Positions 19,742 to 29,740 of a stretch of 64,000 nt of DNA are shown here, in pieces. Every line of letters begins with the position of its first letter. The first letter of the stretch is position 1. The notes under the pieces are model-generated. The model searched no databases. It had not been told where the DNA came from and saw only the letters and a program-made list of their open reading frames with translations. The stretch is taken from assembly GCA_963737655.1 (NCBI GenBank), contig CAVTTN010000002.1, positions 6,304,001-6,368,000 of the forward strand, in the 5' to 3' direction. Made by a program: the position numbers and the translations under genes. The stretch is from an uncultured Planctomycetota bacterium. GTDB lineage: Bacteria > Planctomycetota > Planctomycetia > Isosphaerales > Isosphaeraceae.

Positions 19742-21438
19742 CGGAGGTCGTCCGGGAAGTGGCGGAGGGCCGAGAGCAGCGGGTTCGACGCCGCCTGGCC
19801 CAGCCCGCAGATCGACGCATCCCTCATCACCGCACTCAACTCCGTGAGCAGGGCGGCATCCCACTCGTCGGCTTCCATCAGCCTCACGGCCTTCTCGGTC
19901 CCCACCCGGCACGGCGTGCACTGGCCGCAGCTCTCGTCCTCGAAGAACTTCATGAGGTTGCGGGCCACGTCCTTCATGCGGTCTCGATCCGAGAAGACCA
20001 CGATCGCCGCCGAGCCGATGAAGCAGCCGTGAGCCTCCAACGTGCCGAAATCCAGGGGGATGTCCGCCATGTGCGCCGGCAGGATGCCGCCCGACGCCCC
20101 TCCCGGCAGATACGCCTTGAACGTCTGGCCGTCCTCCATCCCTCCGCAGAATTCGTCGATCAGCTCCCGGGCGGTGATCCCGGCCGGCGCGAGCTTCACG
20201 CCCGGGGCCTTGACCCGGCCCGACACGGAGAAGCTCCGCAGCCCCTTGCGGCCGTTCCGCCCGTGGGAGGCGAGCCAGCCGGGTTCGCGCTCGAGGATCT
20301 CGCGGACCCAGTAGACGGTCTCGACGTTGTGGATCAGGGTCGGGCGGCCGAACAGGCCCACCTGGGTGGGATAGGGCGGCTTGTGCCGGGGGTAGCCGCG
20401 CTTGCCTTCGAGGCTCTCCAGCATCGCGGTCTCCTCCCCGCAGATGTAGGCCCCGGCGCCCCGGCGCAGGTGGATCGGGATGCCTGCCAGTTCTTCCGTG
20501 TTCAGGCGTTCGATCTCACGCGCGAGCAAGGCTCGAATCTGCGCATATTCGTCCCTCAAGTAGATGTAAATAGCTTCGGCCTCGACGCACCAGGCGGCGA
20601 TGAGCATGCCTTCGAGGAATCGGTGCGGGTCGAGTTCGAGGTAATGGCGGTCCTTGAACGTGCCGGGCTCCCCCTCGTCGGCGTTGACGGCCATCAATCG
20701 CGGGCGGGGGGACTGGCGGACCATCGTCCACTTCTGGGCCGAGCGGAACCCCGCGCCGCCGAGCCCTCGGAGGCCCGACGCCTCGATCGCCTGGACGACC
20801 GATTCGGGGCTGCGGACGCCCGATCGGCACTCGCGGAGGGTGCGATAGCCGCCGTCGGCGACGTAGGCTTCGAACGATTTCGCCGGGGGCGTCGCGGGCC
20901 CGGTCCGTCCGGCACGGACCGCCTCGACGATCTCCCCAACGCTCGCGCGATCGACGGCGGACCGGCCGACCAGCGCCGCCGGGGCCCCGTCGCATCGGCC
21001 GATGCAGGGGGACGCGACGACCCTCGCGGCGCCTCCGAGCGCCTCGGCCGTCTCGTCCCTCAAGCGGTCGGCGCCCCGGATCGCGCAGGCGATCCCGTCG
21101 CACATGCGGACCGTCGGCCGGGGGGGCGGGGCCTGGTCGTCCGTCAAAATGTCGAAGTGAGCATAGAACGAGGCGACCTCGTAGACTTCCACCAGGGCCA
21201 GGCGCATCTCGTCGGCCAGGGCGACGAGGTGGCGAGCGGCCAGGGCGCCGAAATGGTCCTGGACGCGGTGGAGGTGCTCGATCAGCAGGTCTCGGCGCCT
21301 CGGCTCGTCGCCCAGGAGGGCGCGGACCTCGTCGAGGGCCGCGGGATCGACCTGCCTCCCCCGGGGGAATGGGGCCGCCCGGCGACGACCGGAGCCGGGA
21401 TGGATGGGCTTGCCCGGGGCGTGGAGCTCGCCTGGCAT
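19738..21438 (-). CDS. Formate dehydrogenase beta (diaphorase) subunit, NuoE-like + NuoF-like fusion
   Basis: CDGIAC...CIGRC 2Fe-2S, GLRGLGGAGF, NADEGEPGTFKDR, GAGAYICGEE, ESCGQCTPCR...SICGLG. Confidence 0.93.
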   Translation of the reverse strand: MPGELHAPGKPIHPGSGRRRAAPFPRGRQVDPAALDEVRALLGDEPRRRDLLIEHLHRVQDHFGALAARHLVALADEMRLALVEVYEVASFYAHFDILTDDQAPPPRPTVRMCDGIACAIRGADRLRDETAEALGGAARVVASPCIGRCDGAPAALVGRSAVDRASVGEIVEAVRAGRTGPATPPAKSFEAYVADGGYRTLRECRSGVRSPESVVQAIEASGLRGLGGAGFRSAQKWTMVRQSPRPRLMAVNADEGEPGTFKDRHYLELDPHRFLEGMLIAAWCVEAEAIYIYLRDEYAQIRALLAREIERLNTEELAGIPIHLRRGAGAYICGEETAMLESLEGKRGYPRHKPPYPTQVGLFGRPTLIHNVETVYWVREILEREPGWLASHGRNGRKGLRSFSVSGRVKAPGVKLAPAGITARELIDEFCGGMEDGQTFKAYLPGGASGGILPAHMADIPLDFGTLEAHGCFIGSAAIVVFSDRDRMKDVARNLMKFFEDESCGQCTPCRVGTEKAVRLMEADEWDAALLTELSAVMRDASICGLGQAASNPLLSALRHFPDDLR

Positions 21439-21541
21439 CGCGGATGGCCCGGAGGGTGGGGTGGGACTGGGTCGCCTCGCCCCTTCAGACTAGCCGACCC
21501 GGGCGGCGGTCGCAACGCGTCCGCCGGGGGAAACGGTCCGG

Positions 21542-22441
21542 TCAGGTCTGGCCGCCCCATCCCGCGTCGGCCACTTCTCGCCATCGCTGGCGGATCGACT
21601 CGAAGACGTCGGGCGGGAGGGTCTCGGAGGCGATCAATCGGGCGTTTTCGCGCCAGCGGTCGGGGTTCTTGGTGCCGACGATCATCGTATCGACGGCGGG
21701 GGCCATCATCGTGAACCTCAGCGCGATCGAGGCGATTTCCTCGGGCTTGAGGCCGAGGAAGTCGTACTTCAGGGCCCGGAGCCGTTCCCAGTACGGGACG
21801 TGGTACGCGTTTTCGGGCTTCTCGGCATATTTCCATGCCGCGTTGGCGATCGGCCTCTTGGCGATCACCCCCAGGCCCTTCTGCGCGGCCAGGGGCAGCG
21901 TGGTGTCGATCGCCTCCTGGTCGGCGATGCTCACCGAGGTCTGCAACGTGTCGAAGAGTCCGCACTCGACGGCGTAACGGGCGGCCGGGCCGTCCCCGCT
22001 GTAGCCGATGAAGCGGGTGTACCCCTTGCGGCGGGCCTCGTCGAGCGCCCCGATGGCGTCCCCCTTGCGGAGCTCGGCCTCGGAGCAGCTGTGGAGCTGG
22101 ACGAGGTCCACGGCGTCGGTCCTCAGGCGACGGAGGCTCCGCTCGATGCTCTCCAGGAGCGACCGAGGGCGCCAGTCCTCGATCCCGCCGGCTCCCTCGG
22201 GGTGGCCGCACTTGGTGAAGAGGTAGTAATCCTTCCGACGGGTCGAGACGGCCCGACCGATCAGCTCCTCGCTCTCGTGATAGCATTCGGCGGTGTCGAT
22301 GACGTTCAGGCCGGAGTCGAGCGCGTCGAGCAGGAGGCGCTCGACGGCCTCGGGCGTCGCGTGCTCGAAGCCGATCTCCGCCCCGCCGAAGCCGAGGACG
22401 CTGACCCGGAGGCCCGTCCGGCCGAATTCGCGCATTTCCAT
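21542..22441 (-). CDS. Aldo/keto reductase
   Basis: FGRTGLRVSVLGFGG, IDTAECY, SLRRLRTDAVDLVQLH. Confidence 0.9.
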   Translation of the reverse strand: MEMREFGRTGLRVSVLGFGGAEIGFEHATPEAVERLLLDALDSGLNVIDTAECYHESEELIGRAVSTRRKDYYLFTKCGHPEGAGGIEDWRPRSLLESIERSLRRLRTDAVDLVQLHSCSEAELRKGDAIGALDEARRKGYTRFIGYSGDGPAARYAVECGLFDTLQTSVSIADQEAIDTTLPLAAQKGLGVIAKRPIANAAWKYAEKPENAYHVPYWERLRALKYDFLGLKPEEIASIALRFTMMAPAVDTMIVGTKNPDRWRENARLIASETLPPDVFESIRQRWREVADAGWGGQT

Positions 22442-22495
22442 GAAAATGCTCCCTGGATCGAAGAGGACGGCGACATCGTGGCCTCGCGACTCCTC

Positions 22496-22553
22496 GTAGG
22501 GCAGGCCTCGGCCTGCCGGTGGTCGGGGACGGCAGGCCGAGGCCTGCCCTACG
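22496..22553. repeat. REP doublet (GTAG family)
   Basis: CGTAGGGCAGGCCTCGGCCTGCCG and its inverted copy CGGCAGGCCGAGGCCTGCCCTACG, intergenic. Confidence 0.8.
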
Positions 22554-22583
22554 AGGTTCGTTCGTGGCCTCGGACGCGACGGA

Positions 22584-24614
22584 TTACCAGATCCTCACGC
22601 GCTTCTCCGGGGGCAGCCAGAGCTTGTCGCCGTCCTTCACGCCGAAGGCGTCGTAGAACTCGGCGAGGTTGCGGATCACGCCGTTGCAGCGGAATTCGGG
22701 CGGCGAGTGCGGGTCGGTGGCGATCCGTCGCGCCACCTCGGCGTCGCGGGCCTTGGACCGCCAGACCTGCGCCCAGCCGACGAACACCCGTTGCGGCCCG
22801 GTCAGGCCGTCGAGCTTCGGCGACTCCTTGCCCCCGAGCGAGATCACGTACGCCTTGTGGGCGATCGTCAGGCCGCCGAGGTCGCCGATGTTCTCGCCGA
22901 TCGTCAGGGCGCCGTTGACGTGGAGGTCGGGCAACTGCGACGGGTGGAACTCGTCATATTGCGCGATCAGCATCTTGGCGCGCTTGTCGAACTCCTTGCG
23001 ATCGGCCTCGGTCCACCAGTCCTTCAGGTTGCCGTCGCCGTCGTACTTCGAGCCCTGGTCGTCGAAGCCGTGGCCGATCTCGTGGCCGATCACGGCGCCG
23101 ATCCCGCCGTAATTCACGGCGTCGTCGGCCTCCAGGTCGAAGAACGGCGGCTGCAAGATCGCGGCGGGGAAGACGATCTCGTTGAAGCCGGGGTTGTAGT
23201 AGGCGTTGACGGTCTGCGGGGTCATGCCCCACTCGGTCTTGTCCACCGGCTTGCCCAGCTTCTTCAGCTCGCGATCGACCTCGAACTCGGCGGCCCGCCT
23301 CATGTTGCCCACGAGGTCGTCACGCTTGATCTCCAGGGCCGAATAGTCGCGCCACTTGTCGGGATAGCCGATCTTGGGGGCGAACTTCGAGAGCTTGTCG
23401 AGCGCCTTGGTCTTGGTCTCGGGGCCCATCCAGTCGAGGGTCTCGATGTCCTGGCGGTAGGCCTCGATCAGGTTGGCCACCAGCTTCTGCATCTTCTCCT
23501 TGGCGGCGGGCGGGAAGTGCTTGGCGACGTAGAGCTTGCCCAGCGCCTCGCCCAGCGCCTCCTCGGTGGCCGAGACGCCCCGCTTCCACCTCGGGCGCTG
23601 CTCGGGTGCCCCGGTGAGCGTCTTCCCGAAGAACTTGAAGCTCTCCTCGGCGAATGCCTTGCTCAGCAGGGGCGAGCGGCTCCGCAAGACGTGCCACTTC
23701 AGCCAGTTCTTCCACTGCGGCAGGGGGACGGAGTCGATCGCCTCGGCCATCGCGGTCAGGTAGCTCGGCTGGCGGACGACGACCTCCTCGATCCCGTTCG
23801 CGCCGGCGTTCTTGAAGAAGGCCGGGAAGTCGAAGCCGGGCGCGAGCTTGGCGAGGTCATCCAGGGTCTTCTTGTTGTACGTGAGGGTGCTGTCGCGGCT
23901 CTTCACGCGGTCCCAGTGGCCCCTGGCGAGCGTGGTTTCGAGGGCGAAGGTCTCGTCGGCGGCCTTGCCGGGGTCCTCGATCTTCGCGAGCTCGAACATC
24001 GACTTGAGGTGGGCCTTGTAGGCGTCGCGGATCGGCTGGAACTTCTCGTCGCGATAGTACGACTCGTCGGGCAGGCCGATCCCCCCCTGCGAGAGATAGA
24101 CGATGTACTTGTCCGACTGCTTGGCGTCCGTCGAGACGAACAGGCGGAACGTCCCGCCCACGCCGGTCTTCTCCAGCTTCGCGAGCAAGGCGACGAGGCC
24201 GGCCTTGTCGGCGACGGCGTCGATCTCGGCGAGCTCGTCCTGGATCGGGTCCATCCCGAGCTTCTCGACCCGGTCCTCGTCCATGAACGAGGCATAGAGG
24301 TCGCCGACCTTCGCGGCCTCGGAACCCGCGGCGTTCTCGGCCTTGGCGGTGGCCTCGATGATGGCGCGGATGTCGGCCTCGGACTGGTCGCGGAGCTTGA
24401 TGAATGCGCCGTCGATCGAGCGATCGGGCGGGATCTTGGCCTCGGCCAGCCACTTGCCGTTGACGTGGCGATACAGGTCGTCCTGGGGGCGGACGTCCTT
24501 GTCGGTATAGGCCGTGTCGATCCCCGACTTCGGCTCGGGGCCGGCGGCCAGGAGGCCGAGGGTGAGGGCCAGGGGCGCGATCGCCGCGGCCCCTCCGATC
24601 ATCAATCGTCTCAT
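22584..24614 (-). CDS. M13 family zinc metallopeptidase (PepO/neprilysin-like), secreted
   Basis: VRPQDDLYRHVNG, VNAYY, HEIGH, GENIGD, DPHSP..FRCNG; signal peptide MRRLMIGG... Confidence 0.95.
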   Translation of the reverse strand: MRRLMIGGAAAIAPLALTLGLLAAGPEPKSGIDTAYTDKDVRPQDDLYRHVNGKWLAEAKIPPDRSIDGAFIKLRDQSEADIRAIIEATAKAENAAGSEAAKVGDLYASFMDEDRVEKLGMDPIQDELAEIDAVADKAGLVALLAKLEKTGVGGTFRLFVSTDAKQSDKYIVYLSQGGIGLPDESYYRDEKFQPIRDAYKAHLKSMFELAKIEDPGKAADETFALETTLARGHWDRVKSRDSTLTYNKKTLDDLAKLAPGFDFPAFFKNAGANGIEEVVVRQPSYLTAMAEAIDSVPLPQWKNWLKWHVLRSRSPLLSKAFAEESFKFFGKTLTGAPEQRPRWKRGVSATEEALGEALGKLYVAKHFPPAAKEKMQKLVANLIEAYRQDIETLDWMGPETKTKALDKLSKFAPKIGYPDKWRDYSALEIKRDDLVGNMRRAAEFEVDRELKKLGKPVDKTEWGMTPQTVNAYYNPGFNEIVFPAAILQPPFFDLEADDAVNYGGIGAVIGHEIGHGFDDQGSKYDGDGNLKDWWTEADRKEFDKRAKMLIAQYDEFHPSQLPDLHVNGALTIGENIGDLGGLTIAHKAYVISLGGKESPKLDGLTGPQRVFVGWAQVWRSKARDAEVARRIATDPHSPPEFRCNGVIRNLAEFYDAFGVKDGDKLWLPPEKRVRIW

Positions 24615-24852
24615 CCGATGTCGCTCCGTGGTGAGGGGGTCGTGCGTTCGGGTCGTCGGGGCGGGTCGAGCGGCCCTCGGACGTCTCGCCGCCCATTGCA
24701 AACGAACGGGCCGCGAGTTTCCAGGTCAATCCGGCGGGGGGGATGTCCAGGAAGCGGCCCCGGGGCGAAGCCCCCGGCTGCTGAAATCGCCGGGGAGATC
24801 GGGTATCCTGGGAATCCTCCGCTCCCCGACCGACCCTCCGCGAGACCCCGCC

Positions 24853-27800
24853 ATGCCCCGATTCGGCCCACTCCTCGGGACGCTCGCCCTCCTCGCCCTG
24901 CCCCTGGGAGCGAGGGCCGACGACCCGCCGAAGCCCCTCAAGGCCCTCCTGATCACCGGCGGCTGCTGCCACGACTACACGAATCAAAAAACGATCCTCT
25001 CCGACGGGATCGCCGAGCGGGCCCGGATCGAATTCACGGTCGTCCAGCAGGGCGGCAACGGCACGTTCGCGAAGCTGCCGATCTATGAGAAGGACGACTG
25101 GGCCAGGGGCTACGACGTCGTGATCCACGACGAATGCTTCGCCGACACCAAGGACCCCGAGTGGACCAAACGCATCCTCAAGCCCCACGAGGACGGCGTG
25201 CCGGGCGTGGTGATCCACTGCGCCATGCACTGCTATCGCGACGGCACGGACAACTGGTTCAAGTTCTGCGGGGTGACCTCGCGGCGTCACGGGGCGGCGT
25301 ATCCTCACGAAGTTTTGAACGTGGATGCGGCTCATCCGATCATGAAAGGGTTCGGCCCCGCGTGGGCGAACCCCGCGGGCGAGCTCTACTGGATCGAGAA
25401 GGTCTGGCCGACGGCGCACCCGCTCTGCGTCTCCAAGAACGAGGAGAACGGCCACGAGGAGACGTGCGTCTGGACCAATCAATACGGCAAGGGCCGCGTC
25501 TTCGGCACCACCATCGGCCACCACAACGAGACCGTCTCCAGCCCGGAATTCCTGAACCTTTTGACCCGGGGCACGCTCTGGGCCTGCGATAAGCTTTCGG
25601 ATGATTATTTGAAGCCATCCAAAGCCAAGGAAGCCCGCGTCGATCTCGCGAAGAAACGGCCGACGCTCGCCTCGTCCGAGGAGGCCGGCAAGGGGAACCT
25701 CGCCCCTCTGGCGGTGGACGGCAACCCGGAGACTCGCTGGTGCGCCAACAACTCCGACGAGGGCCAGTGGTGGCAGGTCGATCTCGGCCGGCCCGAGGTC
25801 TTGACCGGCCTCCGGCTCGACTGGGAGAACCCCGGCGCGGCGTATCGGTGCAAGGTCGAGGGATCGGAGGACGGGAAGTCCTGGACGACCCTCGCCGACG
25901 CCTCGAAGAATGACAAGACCGGCCCGAAGCAGGTCGATTTCGCCGAGAAATCCCGGCCGTCGCGGTTCGTTCGGGTCACGTACCTCGGCTGCAACACGGG
26001 GAGCTGGGCCAGCCTCCGCGAGGTGAAGGTTCTCGGCGAGAAGACCGAGGTCGTGAACGCCGACGACCCGCGAAAGGAGGCCGACGCCCCGATTTTCGCC
26101 GACGTGAAGCTCCCCGAGGGGTACGAGGCCACCGTCTTCGCCCGGCCTCCCGCCGTGAACTACCCGGTGGCCGTCGCCGCCGCGACGAATGGGGATATTT
26201 ACGTCTCGGTGGATAAAAATGGATCGCTCGGACGAGGCCCGCACCGGGGATCGGTCTACCGGCTGCGAGACCTCGACGGCGACGGCCGGGCCGACGAGAC
26301 GACGCTGTTCGTGGCCGACGTCGATTCGCCCCGGGGGCTGGTCTGGGACGGCGATCGGCTCTACCTGATGCATCCGCCCCACCTCAGCGCCTTCATCGAC
26401 CGCGACGGCGACGGCCACGCCGAGGAGGAGCAGGTCCTCGTCAAGGACATCGCCTTCACCTTCAAGGACCGGCCCGCCGACCACACCTCCAACGGCGTGA
26501 CCCTGGGGATCGACGGCTGGCTCTACCTCGCCATCGGCGACTTCGGCTTCATGAACGCCGAAGGGGCCGACGGCCGGAAGCTGCAATTCCGGGGCGGGGG
26601 CGTCGTCCGCGTGAGGCCCGACGGCTCGAACCTGGAGGTCTTCTCGCGAGGGACGCGGAACATCCTCGAAGTGGCCATGGACCCACGGTTGAACGGATTC
26701 ACGCGAGACAACACCAACGACGGTGGCGGCTGGGACATCCGCTTGCATCATTTCTCGGGCATGGAGCATCACGGCTATCCGTCCTTGTTCCAGAATTTCA
26801 AGGATGAGATCATCCAACCGCTGGCCGACTACGGCGGAGGGTCCGGCTGCGGCGCCCTGTTCCTGAGCGAGCCCGGCTTCCCCAACGGCGACGGCGACGC
26901 CCTGTACACGGCCGACTGGGGCCGGGGCTGGGTGTTCCGCCACCATGCGAAGCACAACGGGGCCACGTTCTCGGCCGATCAGTCCGAGTTCCTCGCCGTG
27001 CCGAGGGTCACCGACCTGGACGTGGACGGGTCGAGCCACCTGTTCGTGACGAGCTGGAAGGGGGCCGTGTTCGATTACGCGGGCGAGGAAGTCGGCTACG
27101 TCCTCCGCGTGTCGCCGAAGGGGTATCGCCCCGCCCCTCTGCCCGAGTTCGCGACGATGGATGACGGCCGTCTCGTCGATTCCTTGAATTCCCCGAGCCA
27201 TCGCCGGAGGCTGGAAGCCCAGAGGACCCTGCTGCGCCGAGGGCTGGCCGGGCCGAAGACGGTCGAGGCCCTCGCCGAACTCGCCGGGGACCGCCGGAAG
27301 AACAAGGATGGCCGGATCGCCGCGATCTTCGCGATCAAGCAGGGGATGGGATCGAAGGCGACGGAGACGCTCCTGCCCCTGGCGAGCGATGCGATCGTCG
27401 GCGATGCCGCCCTCCGCGCCCTGGCCGATCGCGGCGACGAGGACGCGAACGTCCCCGCGAAGCCGTTCCTGGACGCCCTGAGCTCGCCAATGCCTTCGAC
27501 CCGGCTGCAGGCCGTGATCGGCCTGGCCAGGCTCGGCAAGGTCGAGAACGCCCCGGCGATGACGGCCCTGCTCGACGACCCCGATCCGGTCGTCGCTCAC
27601 ACGACGATCCGGAGCCTCGCGAACCTCAAGGCCATCGACGCCCTGTTCTCGACCGTCGATCGCACCGACGCCCCTCTGCCCCGCCGGCTCTCGGCGTTGA
27701 AGTCGCTCCAACTGATCCACGATCCTAGAGTTGTGGACGAACTCGCGTCTCGACTCGATTCCCCGGCGATCCGCAAGGGCATGATCTCGGCCCTCGCCCG

Positions 27801-29097
27801 GCTCGCGTTCATTGAGGGGACGTGGAAGGGGGATAGCTGGGGCACCCGGCCCGACACGTCCGGCCCCTATTATCAGCCCGAATCGTGGGCCGGCACCGCG
27901 AAGGCGACCGCCGCCCTCCGCGATGCGTTGATGACCATGAAAGGGGGTGATGCGGCGTTCTTGCTGAAGGAGCTCGACCGGCACAAGGTCAAGCTCGACG
28001 GCGGCCTCGATGCCGTGGTGGCGATGGCGGCGAAGGAGGCCTCGCTGATCCCGTCGGCCGTGAACCAGCTCGCGAAGGCCGAGGCGATCCCGTCCGCGGC
28101 CCTGCCGATCCTCGTCCGCGCCGCCACCGATCCGGCGACCCCGGCCGACGTCCGGGCCTCGGCGTTGGTGGGACTCGCCCGGGTCGCCGACCCTTCGGCG
28201 GTCTCCGCGTCTCTCGATGCCCTGTCGCGGTTCAATCCCGATTCGCCCGAGCTGGGCCGGGCGCGTTCGGCGTTCCTCGGATCGTCGAAAATGGCGGAAA
28301 ACCACGGGATTCTGGAGGAAGCGGCCGCGAAGCTCGACGGATCGCCCTCGGACTGGGCCGACGCCGCCCTGCTCGTGATTTCGAACGATGGGAATGCGTC
28401 GCCCGAGACGAAATCGGCGGCGGCGAAGGCGATTTCCGAGGGCTGGGCCGTTCCGAAGCGGCGAATTCAGATCCTTCGGGCCGCGACGCTCGCCAATCAT
28501 CGGCCGTTCGCCGACCGAATCCTCGCGGCGATGGCCGATCCCGACCCCTCCGTCGCCTCGGCCGCGAAGGAGGCCGCCTCGAAGATGAAGCTCGGCGAGA
28601 GGAGAGGGCGGGGCGGCCCGGTCGTCGGCTCGATGACGCCGGACGACGCCCTGAAGGCCGTGGTCTCGGCGAAGGGGGACCGATCGCTGGGCGAGATGCT
28701 GTTCACCCAGCAGAATTGCACGAATTGTCACACGATCCGCCAGTCCGACCCGCCCAGGGGGCCGTACCTCGGCACGATCGCGACCACGTACAAGCGGCGG
28801 GAGCTCGCCGAGGCGATCCTGGCGCCGAGCAAGACGATCGCCCAGGGGTTCGTCACCAACGTCTTCGCCCTCGACGACGGCAAGGTGATCTCCGGGTTCG
28901 TCGTGAAGGAGGCGGCCGACGGCGTGACGATCCGCACGGCCGACGCCAAGGAATTCACGATCCCGTCGGCGAAGATCGAGGAGAGGACCAAGACGCAGGT
29001 CTCGGTGATGCCCGAGGGGCTGGTCGCTCCGTTGACCGTCCGCGAGTTCGCCTCGCTCCTGGATTACCTCGAAGGGCTGTCGGCGGGGAAGCCGTGA
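24853..29097 (+). CDS. ThuA-like + F5/8 discoidin + PVC-type beta-propeller dehydrogenase + HEAT + cytochrome c protein
   Basis: Signal peptide MPRFG...ARA-DD; GRVFGTTIGHHNE; AVDGNPETRW...WWQVDLG; DLDGDGRAD, GTRNI; CTNCH; SVMPEGL. Confidence 0.88.
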   Translation: MPRFGPLLGTLALLALPLGARADDPPKPLKALLITGGCCHDYTNQKTILSDGIAERARIEFTVVQQGGNGTFAKLPIYEKDDWARGYDVVIHDECFADTKDPEWTKRILKPHEDGVPGVVIHCAMHCYRDGTDNWFKFCGVTSRRHGAAYPHEVLNVDAAHPIMKGFGPAWANPAGELYWIEKVWPTAHPLCVSKNEENGHEETCVWTNQYGKGRVFGTTIGHHNETVSSPEFLNLLTRGTLWACDKLSDDYLKPSKAKEARVDLAKKRPTLASSEEAGKGNLAPLAVDGNPETRWCANNSDEGQWWQVDLGRPEVLTGLRLDWENPGAAYRCKVEGSEDGKSWTTLADASKNDKTGPKQVDFAEKSRPSRFVRVTYLGCNTGSWASLREVKVLGEKTEVVNADDPRKEADAPIFADVKLPEGYEATVFARPPAVNYPVAVAAATNGDIYVSVDKNGSLGRGPHRGSVYRLRDLDGDGRADETTLFVADVDSPRGLVWDGDRLYLMHPPHLSAFIDRDGDGHAEEEQVLVKDIAFTFKDRPADHTSNGVTLGIDGWLYLAIGDFGFMNAEGADGRKLQFRGGGVVRVRPDGSNLEVFSRGTRNILEVAMDPRLNGFTRDNTNDGGGWDIRLHHFSGMEHHGYPSLFQNFKDEIIQPLADYGGGSGCGALFLSEPGFPNGDGDALYTADWGRGWVFRHHAKHNGATFSADQSEFLAVPRVTDLDVDGSSHLFVTSWKGAVFDYAGEEVGYVLRVSPKGYRPAPLPEFATMDDGRLVDSLNSPSHRRRLEAQRTLLRRGLAGPKTVEALAELAGDRRKNKDGRIAAIFAIKQGMGSKATETLLPLASDAIVGDAALRALADRGDEDANVPAKPFLDALSSPMPSTRLQAVIGLARLGKVENAPAMTALLDDPDPVVAHTTIRSLANLKAIDALFSTVDRTDAPLPRRLSALKSLQLIHDPRVVDELASRLDSPAIRKGMISALARLAFIEGTWKGDSWGTRPDTSGPYYQPESWAGTAKATAALRDALMTMKGGDAAFLLKELDRHKVKLDGGLDAVVAMAAKEASLIPSAVNQLAKAEAIPSAALPILVRAATDPATPADVRASALVGLARVADPSAVSASLDALSRFNPDSPELGRARSAFLGSSKMAENHGILEEAAAKLDGSPSDWADAALLVISNDGNASPETKSAAAKAISEGWAVPKRRIQILRAATLANHRPFADRILAAMADPDPSVASAAKEAASKMKLGERRGRGGPVVGSMTPDDALKAVVSAKGDRSLGEMLFTQQNCTNCHTIRQSDPPRGPYLGTIATTYKRRELAEAILAPSKTIAQGFVTNVFALDDGKVISGFVVKEAADGVTIRTADAKEFTIPSAKIEERTKTQVSVMPEGLVAPLTVREFASLLDYLEGLSAGKP

Positions 29098-29120
29098 TTC
29101 GAGATTGCGGACCGGGATTC

Positions 29121-29211
29121 CCCGGGTGGCATGCCCACGAAGACGTGGGCATGTCTGCGGCCCGGCCCAAGACCAAGACATGCCCACGAAGACGTGGGCA
29201 TGCCACCCGGG
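29121..29211. repeat. REP doublet (GGGTGGCATGCCCACGAAGACGTGGGCATG family)
   Basis: Two CATGCCCACG-AAGA-CGTGGGCATG hairpins with CCCGGGTGG...CCACCCGGG ends, between convergent genes. Confidence 0.85.
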
Positions 29212-29229
29212 AGATGAGGGCTGATGCCC

Positions 29230-29598
29230 TCATTTCTTCGGCAAGAGCGCCTCGATCTGGCCGAGCAGGGTGGTGAGGTCGACGGGCTTGGCGTGGTGGT
29301 CGTCGCAGCCGGCTTCCCTGGTCTTCTCGCGGTCGCCGGCCATGGCGTGGGCGGTCAGGGCGATGATCGGGATGGCTCGGGTGGCGGGGTCGGCGCGGAG
29401 GCGCCGGGTCGCCTCCCAGCCGTCGATCTCGGGGAGGTTCATGTCCATCAGGATCAGGTCGGGCGCCTCGGAGCCGGCCAGGGCGATCCCCGAGGCGCCG
29501 TCGGGGGCGATCACCACCTCGAAGCCCCGGCGGCGGAGCCTCCGGGCGAGCATGTCCCAGTTCTCTTCGTTGTCTTCGACCAGGAGGATCTTGGGCAT
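29230..29598 (-). CDS. Single-domain response regulator (DivK/CheY-like)
   Basis: ILLVEDN, DLILMD, IIALTAHAM, KP. Confidence 0.93.
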   Translation of the reverse strand: MPKILLVEDNEENWDMLARRLRRRGFEVVIAPDGASGIALAGSEAPDLILMDMNLPEIDGWEATRRLRADPATRAIPIIALTAHAMAGDREKTREAGCDDHHAKPVDLTTLLGQIEALLPKK

Positions 29599-29740
29599 GG
29601 GCGGGCGGCTCGCGGGAGGTCGCGGATCGAGGCGGTGCGTCGCCCGGTTCGGGAGGCGTCAGGGGATTCTATCCGCCTCGCCGATCGGATCGCATCCCCT
29701 CCGCGACGCTCGTCGGCGCGACGCTCGATCCCGGGCCGGT

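Noticed and set aside
21440..21541. Moco/Tuco riboswitch upstream of the FDH operon
   Set aside because: I could not recognise the consensus by eye. An Infernal/Rfam search would be needed.
23857..29187. 1776-aa minus-strand ORF, and similar long ORFs at 17282-20032, 30155-34213, 43254-45959 and 51360-54839
   Set aside because: Stop-poor antisense frames expected in high-GC DNA. They have no motifs, and each lies opposite a well-supported gene.
29121..29211. Repeated CATGCCCACGAAGACGTGGGCATG as a possible mini-CRISPR
   Set aside because: Only two units per site, dispersed, arranged as inverted doublets, and no cas genes. This fits REP elements.
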